This document shows positions 36,134 through 47,802 of a stretch of 64,000 nt of DNA, one piece after another (the first letter of the stretch is position 1; every line of letters begins with the position of its first letter). The position numbers and the translations under genes are program-made. Source of the stretch: Lepidodermella squamata (taxonomy: Eukaryota > Animalia > Gastrotricha). The stretch covers positions 2,418,001 through 2,482,000 of the forward strand of contig JBLDXI010000015.1 in assembly GCA_047495785.1 (NCBI GenBank), in the 5' to 3' direction. A model generated the notes under the pieces. That model saw nothing but the letters and a program-made list of their open reading frames with translations. It ran no database searches and was not told where the DNA came from.

Positions 36134-37782
36134 ATCTCCGAACTAATGAACTCGAATTATCGGCGCAATTATAGTGAAACCTATGATGAGAGCCGGTAGC
36201 GTAACCCTGATTATAGTCAATGCATACTAACTTGGACTAGAGGCCCACATCTATGCGTATTATGATAGCCCTGGCTTTTCTCTAGGGCTAAGATAGCGCT
36301 TAACATACTAGCGTTGCTTTACAAGCGGATTTCATCTGGGCTACTAACCATGTACATGAGCTATTCCTTTGTCAGGGTTTTGAGGAAATTCATGAAAGAT
36401 CTTTGTTTTTGCTGCAATAGTAAAATCCGTATACTTCACAGTATTAATTCAAAGTCTGAATTATTTTTGATGGGTTCTGAACTCCTTATATATATTTTAT
36501 TGTTATAAAAAAACAAAAGCCCGTTGTTATTAATAAATAACAGTTGCCATAACGACACTTGGAGTAACTAGAATTTTCTTTGGATATATGTTTTAAGGTT
36601 TAGGATTATTTTCATTTAACAGGTTCGTAGAGGAGAGAATTGAGCATCTTGCTACTGCGATAGACTATTTCCGATAGCTACCTGGCGCCCTAGTTTGATG
36701 AACAGTTATCAATGTTAGGTTCCAAGTCGGCTGATATCGGAAAAATCACTGATTCGTAAAATCGATATTTGGTAATCTAATAGTGCTTGTAGTCAAATTA
36801 ATGCTGTAACCCTAAATGCTCACCAATTTTTAATTTCCGATAAATTCCGAATATTATAGATAACTTATCGGAGTAATAAAGACTGTAAGATGTGAATTTC
36901 GTAATTTATATGTCTCAGTTATATGAATTTGCGCCACCTCGACCGCATTCTATTTTGACCCCATTGCAGAGGAGTGAAATGATGAAAAAAAGATGATTGC
37001 CAGCATTGGCGAAAACGTTCGAAGGCCGCAGCATCAAGTTTGGAGGCATGAAAGGTGCGGATGACCACTGGATGACCAATATTGACGAAATATGTTCATT
37101 TGGATTCTGGATTCTGGAATCTGTTCATTCTGGATCTTTCTATGAGTTGGTCAGTTCCGCCGTTTTCAAACGTTTTGATCTGGAGTGAAGGAAAAACCTG
37201 TTACCATGCGTTAGCTGTATAGCCAACAAGCTGAAAATCATTGTCATCGACCGCGGCATCCCTCCTCTGTTCCTTTTTACCAACCACAAAACAACCACAA
37301 ATTCAATTTTTTACGTCTTGTTTTCTCCAGATGGTGAAACCTGATTGAAATTTCAACATTTAAAAATTTGCGGGAATTCTGATACCACAAAGCAATTAGT
37401 TGTCGAAAGATATAATAGCCATAGTTATTATCCAAAACTTGAACACAATTTAACGGAATGGCTTGCGCATTCAGTGTTTCAACTATAAACTCGAAGAACA
37501 TCGTTTGGCGGAACCAAATACGATTTTTGCGGAACGTAACTCGAAATATGTCATCAGTCATTTTTGAATATTTCTAAGAATTTTATGCTGAGCATGAATT
37601 CTGAATTGAACACTGCGTCTTGCAGAGAATCTTGCAATTCACTGGTGAATTTTGTAGAATTATTGTGGCCAATCGTGACCTTCAGGCCACTGGAAAAGTC
37701 TAAAATTTGGTTCCGCTAACAGCAGATTTGGTTCCGCTCACCGTAAATTTGGTTCCAGGTACCAGGTACTGAATATTTAAAC

Positions 37783-38133
37783 GGAGTGGATATTCGTACT
37801 TTAATAAGTACGCGTTTTTTGATATTCATACTTAAATAAGTACGCATTCTCAAATTTGCATGCAAAAACATGAAATTCGGGTTGGAAAGCTCAGGAAACC
37901 GGAAAGGTCCTGAACCTTAGATCCAACTTGATGAAAATAGGGAGAAACTCCAGATTTTGCCATCAAATTTGACAAGTCCAAGTTATCTCAGCTTCCTGGG
38001 TGGGATAGGATTCTTACTCAGCTTTAAAAGCTGAATATTATGGTCGAAAAATTTCGAATATTACGTAAGCGGAAAGCCACTTATGTACGAATATCAAATA
38101 ACGCGTACTTATTTAAGCAGGAATATAACGACC
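37783..38133. mobile_element. MITE with ~50-bp imperfect TIRs, inserted in an orphan peptide-family promoter
   Basis: TATTCGTACTTTAATAAGTACGCGTTTTTTGATATTC is inverted at ~38082-38126. Flanks rejoin to GAATATTTAAAAACGAC.GGTTT.ATGAA.CAATGT. Confidence 0.6.
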
Positions 38134-38336
38134 CATTTTTAAAAACGACTGGTTTTATGAAGCAATGTAGATCAATTTAAAATACCCTCATCAATTCTGG
38201 TTTCAGCGTAAATGGTGTATGTACAGCGGTGCGAATTTGCAAAAGCCTCGTCATTTATTTCAAGAACTGCGCATTTTTCACTAGTTTCATACAACTCTGT
38301 ATATTTGATAGCTTTTGAGAGATGTCTTGAAATTCG

Positions 38337-38956
38337 TTAATACGGTCTATCCGTATTTCCCTGCCTGCTTGCCATGGCCTGCTTCGACCAGCTTCTTTCG
38401 ACCAGCCAGCCAATACCTAAATGATGCGGCCTTAGACAAGCGCAATACTTTTCGTGCCATTTCAACGCGCCCGAACACGTTTCTCTCATGCAGCTAAAGC
38501 GTAAATAATAATAATAATATACAATCATCATAAAAGTCTCGAAAAACTCTCACAAAAGGTCCCTTAATCCGCCTGAATAGAAAGGGGACGTGGGTCGAGT
38601 CTGTCGAGTTGTTTCTAAGGGACTGTCCCGTTCTTTTTCTCAAATTGTGCCTCAGAAACAACGCGACACAGTTCTACCCACGTCCCCTTTCTTTTTAGGC
38701 GGGTTAGCGGCTTTTAAAAGATCAATAAGAATTATGCACGGGGACTTTTCATTGTTAACCTGCATTCACAATCAGCAGTCAGCACTTGGTAGGGCGGGCA
38801 ATGCGCATTTGGACACCACAGTTCTCGGAAATGATCGATACCCGAATCCGGTTTGACATCATCACCGCTGTTCGTGGGCGCCCTACGGTACGGCTGGACA
38901 ATTTCGACTACCAGACTCAGACAGAGAGAAAGTGTAAAAACTAAATGAGTTCTCAT
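38337..38956 (-). CDS. Secreted 8-Cys peptide P14 (exon1 38956-38760, exon2 38493-38337; 117 aa), close paralog of P9
   Basis: HFRELWCPNAHCPPYQVLTADCEC-S-CMRETCSGALKWHEKYCACLRPHHLGIGWLVERSWSKQAMASRQGNTDRPY*. Confidence 0.85.
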
Positions 38957-39544
38957 GTTATCCACTGCATGAGCAAATTTATAACGGAATGGCTTGCACA
39001 GTGTTTCAACTGAACTTGAATTTTAATGATACAAGTTTCAACTCTGCTACGTGAAAACCTCGTGTTTGATGAATCAATGTGACGCATTAACCGCAAAAAG
39101 CTTTGCTCATCACTGTTCGTGTAACGTATAGCGGTGCGAATTTGTAAAAATAAAAGCTACTACTTTTTGCTAAAAACCACATTGTTTGTAGGAGTGGAGA
39201 GAGTCCATCTCAATTCTCATCAATTTTGGTTTCAGGGTATATAGCGTATGTATAGCGGTGCTAATTTGTAACAAAAAACCAAGAATTTTTCTAGCGGAAC
39301 CAAGTACCAATAGTTGGAACCAAATGCAAATGATCAGAAAGTGCCATTTTTCCAATAATTTGTTAAAATCAAGATCATGTGTTGTTCGTAAAGTGATTGC
39401 CAGGCTTTGTACTAAAAATCACGAAGAATTTTATGGTCATTAATTGGGATTTTTTTCAAATTAATCGGTAAATTTCAGAAAGTTCGAGAAATCCATGTTT
39501 GGACGAATTAATTACTAAAAATTTGGTTCCGCAACTCAAATTTG

Positions 39545-40045
39545 AAAGAGCTAAAAACTTGGCGCCAGAATCATAGTAATTGGAATTGATCAAAAATTTG
39601 AGCTTGTGAAATTTGCTGCTTTTCATCGATATGTCTGCATTCGTGCTATCCTATTTCATTGTGACATTCAGCCTGAGAAAGAAGATCGATTGCTTCTTCG
39701 ACATGATTTCGCCGAATGTTCGCTGAGATGAAAGAAGTCTTGGCGGCATCGATATTTTCCTGAATTTTAACAATTTGGTTCAATTTGTTTCCGTATTCGC
39801 GAACAAGTTGGTTCAAGTTTGAGGAAGTTTTGGCTAACATTTCTCGAAAAATTGCATTCCTGATGCTAATATCTGGATTTCCGCTTGCATCGCTCCCAAA
39901 AACTGTCGTTCGGGTCATTCTTTATAGCCCTATTATATTGCCACGGGACTTGAAAAACAAGGCCGCATGCTTTGTACTTGTAGCTGGAGTTGTAAATTGA
40001 TTGATTGATTTGATGAGCATTTTCCGCCGGCTCGTTCGCTAAAAT
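39545..40045 (-). pseudogene. Duplicated helical/coiled-coil gene remnant
   Basis: ORF 39646-39918 (FREMLAKTSSNLNQLVREY...HVEEAIDLL) with an in-frame stop upstream. A second copy at 31140-31317 + 34671-35020 is split by the transposon. Confidence 0.45.
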
Positions 40046-41205
40046 GGCTGTGGTTCACGCAAATGCCACAAAAGACCCAATGTAAAACATTCAATAATGA
40101 CTAAATAGATTATCTAAATTTGCATTTATTGATTTCCGTCTTGCATCAATAGATGATGATCGAAGAATTGTATATATTGGCTTCAAAATCAAATGCTCCG
40201 CCTTAAATAAAATCCACTTCGCTTCAAAAAAGAACCAAACATTTGGCACCTTCCTTTAGTTTTACTACATCTACTGTGCCGTTCAAAACAGCCGATTCCT
40301 ATTATCGTAACGTTAGCTCAGCTCATATTACGTCTGGTCTATACCTAAAACTAATGATTTGTAAATAGAAGACCCACATTTCTAAAGTGTTCACCGGAGG
40401 GTAACTAATTGAACGCAATATTTTCGAATAATTTTGTGTGATCGCGGCTGCTTCTTGTTCTCAAAGTGAGGGCCACGTCTTTTATCAAAAACTTAACGAA
40501 TTTCATCGTATTTATTATTTTTCTATAGATAAGTCGTAAAATGCAACTTTGACCTCGACAGATTACGCTACCAAGTTTCATTTTTGCAACATATTTGTTT
40601 GCGTTTCGCCAGGTGTGTAAAGAAATACATTCAATTCATTTCAATTTCATCAATGAGCACACGAGTTAGCAACGGTGAGCCACATAGACATAATTTAGGA
40701 TAGACTGCTTACTCACGAGAAAAAGGGTGCTACGCCATGGGCGCCAGATGGTCAGCTGATTCATCAGCGCTTGGAGGTAAAGTAAACAAAATATTCGATT
40801 GGTTTTTAGCTGGTTCCGTGACGGCTTCGATTTTTCCAAGGGTTTGGTTGATGGATCCTGACAGAGGAAATCACGAGGAACACGCTGATTATTTTTCCGA
40901 AATTTTCAAACAAATTTTAACTGGTGTTATCGACAAAAAATGGTTTCGCAGTTATAAATACAAATAATTTCCATGATCATTTAAATTGAAATTGAATCCT
41001 AAATTATGTCATATCCTAAGACATATCCTAAATTATGTCTATGGTGAGCCAGGAAAAATGTTATTTTGAAAGCTTTTAACCACCTTTCGTAAAGCAATTA
41101 CCTAATTCCTATTTTTTAGCTCATTTTTTCTGCCAAGGGTTTTTTAGGTATAGGTCTTAAATTTTCCTGAATTTCAAATTTTATTATGAATTTTATTTCA
41201 TTTAG

Positions 41206-42429
41206 ATGGATGATTCGAAATGGCTATTAATTAACAATTTCTCTGGAAAATTCGATGAAAAAGCAATTATCGAAGAAAATAAGCCGATAAATGAAGGAAA
41301 ATCCCGGCGGATATGCGATGAAAAATCCCAAGAAAACTACCTCACGCAAGACGAAGCGGAAGACATCAAAATCTGCCACTTCATCCACCTTGTCATCGCA
41401 ATTTTAATCGGACTGCTAATCACAATCGCCGCTTTCACTCAACCAGCAGAAAATTTCGACAAATTCCTAAAATGCGGACCCAATTTCTCGAATTTTACGC
41501 TACAATTCACGGATTTAAATTGCTTTGGAAATGCAAATTGGTTCACGTATTTTTCGGCGATTATCGTTATTGGATTAGTCATTTCAAGCTCTTTCAATTG
41601 TTTGAAATTCAGCGAGGATTTGAAGATATCGAAAGAATCAGCCTTCTTACGCGATCAACGCCTGGCTCGCAATTTTTTCCTAATTACCTATATCATTTTC
41701 ATACTGGTGATATCGACTAAATCGCAAAATTTCAAGTTTTTCTTCCTCCTACTTGGCACGTTGCCAATCGGCGGCTGGAACGCGGCCTATTTCCTGTCCT
41801 TTACCACCTACGTCAACCCTTTCAGCATTAATTGGCAAATTTCTAGTCGGCAAAAATCGGACGGTGATACGAAACGAATTTTAAGGTGGCTGGAAAGGCT
41901 GGATTCGTTCGAGTTTTGCTTCGATTTATGGCTAGGAATTCGCTGGTCGTTATTACTAGCCTGGTTTATGGTTCCGTCCCAATCGATCCAGATCGGGAAT
42001 TTAGGATTCGAACTGCCGATTTTGGCCTTCCGCTGCTTTTATCGACTTGTTATTGAAGATAGCGGAGCTTTAATGGCTGAAAAACGGCAAAGTCGAGCTT
42101 GGCTTCTCGCCCTTCAATCCTTGGTTCTATTCGTCTTTATTTCCATTGAATTCGTCGAAGCGTATCGCCAAGTTTCCGAGTCGGAATCGGCCACTTTCGA
42201 AGCTATGCTCAAATTTGCGGTGCTCTACAACGCGCTAATTCAAATTATTTTATTCGGAATTGTTTATCGGTTTTATCGAATTTATCAATTGAGCTTCAGT
42301 ACCAGCATTTCTTGGCCGGACATCAGTGATTTGCTGGATGAGAAGAAATATGTTCGATGCGAGCCGGTTTCTATTGCCGATGCCTTGATTGCCATCGTTT
42401 TCCTTCCAATGCCTGTTTTTTGTCTTTGA
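41206..42429 (+). CDS. Multipass membrane protein of unknown family (407 aa)
   Basis: Long ORF with about 8-9 hydrophobic segments. ATG directly follows a TTTAG acceptor, so an upstream exon is possible. Confidence 0.75.
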   Translation: MDDSKWLLINNFSGKFDEKAIIEENKPINEGKSRRICDEKSQENYLTQDEAEDIKICHFIHLVIAILIGLLITIAAFTQPAENFDKFLKCGPNFSNFTLQFTDLNCFGNANWFTYFSAIIVIGLVISSSFNCLKFSEDLKISKESAFLRDQRLARNFFLITYIIFILVISTKSQNFKFFFLLLGTLPIGGWNAAYFLSFTTYVNPFSINWQISSRQKSDGDTKRILRWLERLDSFEFCFDLWLGIRWSLLLAWFMVPSQSIQIGNLGFELPILAFRCFYRLVIEDSGALMAEKRQSRAWLLALQSLVLFVFISIEFVEAYRQVSESESATFEAMLKFAVLYNALIQIILFGIVYRFYRIYQLSFSTSISWPDISDLLDEKKYVRCEPVSIADALIAIVFLPMPVFCL

Positions 42430-42444
42430 TGTTACCGATTTTTC

Positions 42445-42518
42445 AATAATTTTTTACTAATTTATTGCAATAAAAAAATGTAATAATTTTTTACTAATTT
42501 ATTGCAATAAAAAAATGT
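42445..42518. terminator. Duplicated palindromic polyadenylation signal between convergent genes
   Basis: 37-nt direct repeat, each unit containing the perfect palindrome TTTATTGCAATAAA (42461-42474, 42498-42511), which reads AATAAA on both strands. Confidence 0.55.
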
Positions 42519-42549
42519 ATTCCGGATTATCCAAAATAGTTTCATTTTA

Positions 42550-43500
42550 TTAATAGTCGCTGAATTTCTTGGCTGAGGATTTATTGGTGGTAAATGAATA
42601 ATTCGGTCGATTTCTTGAATGAGAAAATTTCGGCCGAAATCTCGGTTGAAAAGCATTATTATTACTAGATTCGGTTCTTTCAATTTTGTATGACGAAATT
42701 TCTGTGGATAACGCGGATTTTTTGGCTGTGATATTGCTGTCTAGTGATTGCAGTTTGCCGATCGATTCAGCCAACATCGTTCTGGTGCCGTTCCACGTGA
42801 AGCAGATGGACTGAAGAAAATCGTTTAAGTACGATGAAATGCTCGCTAGGCCTTGAGAAATTTCCTCCAATGAATCCGTAAATTTCTATATAAAATAAAA
42901 ATAAACAAAATTTCATTAAAAAATCGTAATTTTTTGAAATGTTTCCTAAATATTTATCATAAAAAAATCTGAAAATGAATATTCAAGCTAATAAAATATT
43001 TCTGATCAAATTAATTGGAACAAAATTGGTTTTACCTTATTATCTTCGAATTTTTCCACTAGTCGGAGATTTTCGCTGAGCCGCAATAAATTTTCCAAAT
43101 TATTCCCCGTTCGAAACAATCCTTCTTCCGCTGGGGGTAATGACGGCTGAGAGCTGGAAACTTCGGGAGAATTATCATCAGTTTGAACACCGAAATTCTT
43201 CGATTCCATCATTTCAACACTAATATCACATTGCTGACTGAAATCGGCAGAGTCTAACGAAGATAAATCGTCCGTAAATGTGGCCATCGAAACACCGGTG
43301 AAATTGCGCCTAGTCTCAGCTTCCTCTTTAAATAATTTCAATTCAGCCATTTTTTCTTTCTCGGTCGCTAGGTATGATATCAGCTCGCGAACCGCCTTGA
43401 TAGTAGGCCATCGCTCGGATAAAAGCGAGATCAATTGTTGAGGAACGTCGCAAGCTGTGAGTTGCTCGATAAATTCATCACTCAACGAACGAGAGGACAT
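42550..43500 (-). CDS. Coiled-coil family protein CC1 (exon1 43500-43036, exon2 42885-42550; ~266 aa)
   Basis: In-frame GT-AG join DNK|KFTDSLEEIS. N-terminus SERWPTIKAVREL is shared with CC2. Confidence 0.8.
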
Positions 43501-43885
43501 AATTTTTCTAAAATCAGAGAGATGGAAAATTGTTTTGAAAAATCAGCATAGGAATTTAATAGAAATGTATTCGAGATGTAAAAATAAAAGAAAATACCTT
43601 GAGTTTAGTATACATAGATGAAAGCGTGGTATTGAGAACGTTCGTAAAAGAGGAAAGTATTGAACGTAGAGCCGCTTTTCTTGAGGTGCTCTATATCGGC
43701 TTCTTTTTTTACGAGCGCTCTCGCAATAAATTGCTGAATATTATAATTTTGAAGCGCATGAAATTTCAGTTTTGCAAGATATCGCTCATAAATAAAATCC
43801 TTCATGTGGCGCAGAGCGACCGATTTTTTTAAAAAAATTGCGCGCAACAAAAAATTAGACTGGAAGAGCAGGGTGCCCCGTAATT

Positions 43886-44070
43886 GGCAGACCGTCACAA
43901 CAGCAAATACCCAAAACAGCAAACGCGACAAAACGGCAACTTTTTCAACTGGCGACATAACAGCAGAATCACACTAGCATTGTAGGTTCTCGCTGTTTTG
44001 TTGCAAAATAAAAAAGTTGCTGTTTTGCCGCATTCGCTGTTCTGCGAAATTGCTGTTTTGTCGCCGTACC
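43886..44070. mobile_element. Degenerate foldback-type MITE with AAAACAGC subrepeats
   Basis: AACAGC/AACGGC units on the left are mirrored by GCTGTT units on the right; CGTAATT flanks both sides. Confidence 0.5.
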
Positions 44071-44182
44071 TCGTAATTAACCCAATGAAATTCCATTGAA
44101 AAAAGAGAACCGAAATTCTAAAACCCAGGTGATTCTCAATCTGATGGCCTCAGGCAATTTAAAATGCCACTTAATTTTTATT

Positions 44183-44183
<1 letters not shown>

Positions 44184-44222
<39 letters not shown>
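44184..44222 (+). repeat. (GA)n microsatellite, ~19 units
   Basis: Seen directly in the sequence. Confidence 0.97.
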
Positions 44223-44226
<4 letters not shown>

Positions 44227-45017
44227 AAAATTAAAAAAAAATCCTATCAAGACAGGTAAAATACCGAAAATTACCGAACAGTTCTCATCGGGTTTTTCCG
44301 GGTCAGTGGATTTGCAATTCATGTTAGATTCTTAGAAAATTGGTAAGAAAGCTGAAATTCACCACAATTTCCGAATAATTCACAACCGCAAAATTAGAAA
44401 CTCGGAAAATAGTTGAGTTAGACACCCTGTATGTAATGACCTTGTGGCCCACCCTCAGATGCGGAGAGTGCGCTTCTTTGCCCTTTCTGAGTTTTAACTT
44501 TTCATGCAAGGATATAACAGTATTAAAAGTGACATTTACCCCGTGTAACCTTTACCAAGTCGGATAAAACGGCTTATGCAGGTGTACTCTCGACGTTGGC
44601 GCCCTCAACAATGTAACAAGAATATACGCATAAGAATCATATAAGAAATGAATTTTATCATGGATGCAAAAGGTAAATGCTAAACCGTGATTTATTGCTC
44701 TCGCGCTTTTAGCTGTTATTGTTGGCGCGTAGCATATTATATCGAGTATAACGGTGTCGCTTATATTAAGCTTGTTTACAGCTGCCGAGATATTGTTTAT
44801 AACGCATTATTATACCTGGCGCTGTGACGTGGTGCTGTCCGAACTATACGTCCACTGCGTTAAATGATGATATATCACAGCTTGAGGCTTATCGTATCAT
44901 GGCTTCAATTTCAACCAAAACAATGGATATGTGCCGAACCAGCTTTATTGTGAAAGCCATTGTACACCACACATTTTTAGTTATTTCCTAATTCGCAAAA
45001 AATATTCGGAATAATTA

Positions 45018-45341
45018 CAGCGTGTCCCATACTTTTGCGCAACAAGGTTAAATTTTTTAATTTTTTTCCTGGAAATGAAACTCATTTTTTTTTAAATTGA
45101 ACCCGCCATCTATCCACTATCCGTGATTTTACCGAAAAAATTAAAAATTACTGGAAAAAACCCGATGGTAACTGATTCGGTTATTTTCGGTATTTTACTC
45201 TATTGGACCGAATTTCTCGGGATTTTTTAACCTCATCATTGTCAAACATTTATTTTCGAATTTTTTATTAGAATTCTCTAGAGATAATTTGACGTCGCCT
45301 CTCGTTTTAGAGTTTCAGATAAGATCTTATGGGACACCCTG
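45018..45341. mobile_element. mariner-type MITE
   Basis: TA|CAGCGTGTCCCATA ... TATGGGACACCCTG short TIRs of the CAGGGTGTCCCA type. Confidence 0.6.
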
Positions 45342-45442
45342 TTCAACAAGAAAAATTAGGAAATAAAAAAAGTAATCCAAGATGATATTTATTCAAGAAA
45401 ATATAAACAAATATGAAAAAAAATTCGCAAAAATCATCGAGT

Positions 45443-46612
45443 TCAGGACTTTCGAGAACCATCCTCGCTGCATAGCCATCTCGTTGTATGGCGCCTCTGG
45501 AAATCCGGCGTCGTTTTGACGTCTCTCGAATTAAGGAGTGGGGGCGGCAGGCAAACTGGCTTCTTGTTCTCCGGACGCAGGGGGATGATCGCAGAAATTT
45601 CGTTGGTCAACGTGCTACTAATCAAGCCAACAAGGTTATCCAACGAACCGAGTTTTTCCATCGATTCGAATAGCAGTTGACCGTTCTCATCGCTCTTCAT
45701 AAGGCGGCTGTTCTTCGAGAAATTTTCCAGTTTCGAAGAGATTCTTGAAAGCGAGTAAGAAATCTCATCGAGTGATCGCAAAACTTTCTAAGAATTTAGA
45801 AAACATTAAGTAAAATATTCATTCCATCTTAATTGTTATTTTACCTTATTTCCATTGATTCTTTCAGTAATTCTGAGAGTTTCGCTGAGATGTAGCTTGT
45901 TCTGCGCATTTGTGAGTTCGAAATTTAGGCGCGTGATGTTACCCTTGAAGTGCAAAATTTCCTGGATTTTGTCGCCGGATGATTCGCCCAACTCAACTTG
46001 CAAGCCAACATCCCTTATTTTCGGCATCTTACGATAAACATCGGCTTGTTGACTGAAATCAGCTCGCCGCTTGGTTGAAGGCCGATTGGTTTCCAACGGT
46101 GATTCATACTCTTAAACAAAAAAATCGAATGTTGGTTAAAATTTGAATAATTTGAACACAAATTAAAAAATTATTCCCACGCCCTTAATTTCAAGGAATC
46201 TTATTTCATGAGAAATTATTCAACCCATATCGATTCCAGGTATCGATTTTGAAAATGAGTGATTCTTTCCGATATTGGACATTAATAATAATTTACAATT
46301 TTTAAATATACCAAAGCGGTCGGTGGGTTTCTCGGGAAATGACTTCGAGCTACTAGTCTTAGATCCGCCTCCCAGCTCTGCGTTGTCGGTATTTGTCCCA
46401 ATCGTAACGGCGGTTGATTTAGCTTCGATAATTTCATCCTTGAATTGCTGCAATTCGGCCAGTTTTTTCTTCTCCTCGGCTAGGTAGGTTACCAGCTCGC
46501 GGACCGCCTTGATTGTCGGCCATCGTTCGGAAAAGGACGATATCAAAGATTCAGGCAAATCGCAGGTTCTCAATTGTTCGATCAGCTCTTCACTCTTCGA
46601 ACGGGCTGACAT
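45443..46612 (-). CDS. Coiled-coil family protein CC2 (exons 46612-46312, 46110-45845, 45787-45443)
   Basis: All three exons join in frame via GT-AG introns. Last intron (NK|K) is at the same position as in CC1. Shared ADFSQQ, GxQ and SLxEIS motifs. Confidence 0.8.
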
Positions 46613-47311
46613 TATTTTCACAAATAACATAAATCCTAAAATGAAAAAATTGCAAGTGAATCAGCCAAAATCGCCGCTAAGCGGTAGAAATAATTCGCTA
46701 AATTTTTTATTCATTTCAGTGATCATGAACAAAGTTAATTAGTTATACAGATCAGGATGCGAGTTGAATGATTCATTCATGAATTTCATGATGGAAATAA
46801 ATGGTTTTTCACTTATTTTCTTTAATTTTGTCCAGCTACCTAATTAATGCTTCATCACTAATGACTTTAATTAGCGCAGCTGCAGTGTTTTGCGCATTTG
46901 TTGCTTTGGTCAATTAGCGCGTCGGCCGGCGATCCATTGTTATAACCTTGAAACCACGATTTGAATTAAGGAAATAGATTTTGCTACAAGATTTGTAAAA
47001 TTTCCACCACGCTCAGCATCGAGGTTTTACAGGTGATAAGAGAAGGTTTTTATAAGTTGCTTCCATTTATTTGAATTAAGTACTTAATTAAGAGCTTCAT
47101 AATTTCAGCTCGAGGCGTCGTATTTATTTTGATCCACTTGTTACATACATATGTTTTGGATTCGATTATATCATCAAGTTTGTTTGCAAGTATTGTTTAT
47201 TGTTTTATATTATTTCTTTGAATAATGTCCATATTGTATTTGAGATTCAAATCAAGATGCGAAATTTGCGAAATTGTGTTTTTTCATGCATTTTGGTCAG
47301 TGAGTAGTTGT

Positions 47312-47802
47312 TCAATTTTCGGTAGGTTCGCATTTGATGCATGGTCCGCGATCATAACAGCAAGATGTGGAAGGTCCAGCGTCCAAATTATTGTTATTCC
47401 GTGATTTCAGAGCCTTGTTAGGTCCAGGATTTTCTTTAGAACTATTCAACAACTTCGCGTTGCCTGCTAATTGCACTATCACAGAAAAATTGAAAAAAAT
47501 TATAACGAAATTGAAAAACGAAAATTACCTTTCGTGTTCAAATTACCCTTGGCCGTTGCCTCTCTAGACTTCCTAGCAGTGAGTTTATGCAGCTCGGCGG
47601 TTAGCTCTAGTATCTTTTTATCTCTGGCAACAATTTGATCACGCCAGGTCTTGAATTCGTCTACAAGTGCCTTCTGAGCTAGTGGTGTAAGTGTATTACG
47701 GCGAGAAATGTGCAGAATCAGCGCCTGCTTTACATTCAATTCTTCCAATTGCTTGCCGAAGTCTTCGTACCAGGGCATCGTTATTTTCTTGTGATTGAGC
47801 AT
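47312..47802 (-). CDS. Short coiled-coil family protein CC3 (exon1 47802-47529, exon2 ~47475-47312)
   Basis: KQLEELNVKQALILHISRR resembles the CC1/CC2 N-terminus, followed by heptad-like RDKKILELTAELHKL. A phase-1 intron gives an open second exon. Confidence 0.6.
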
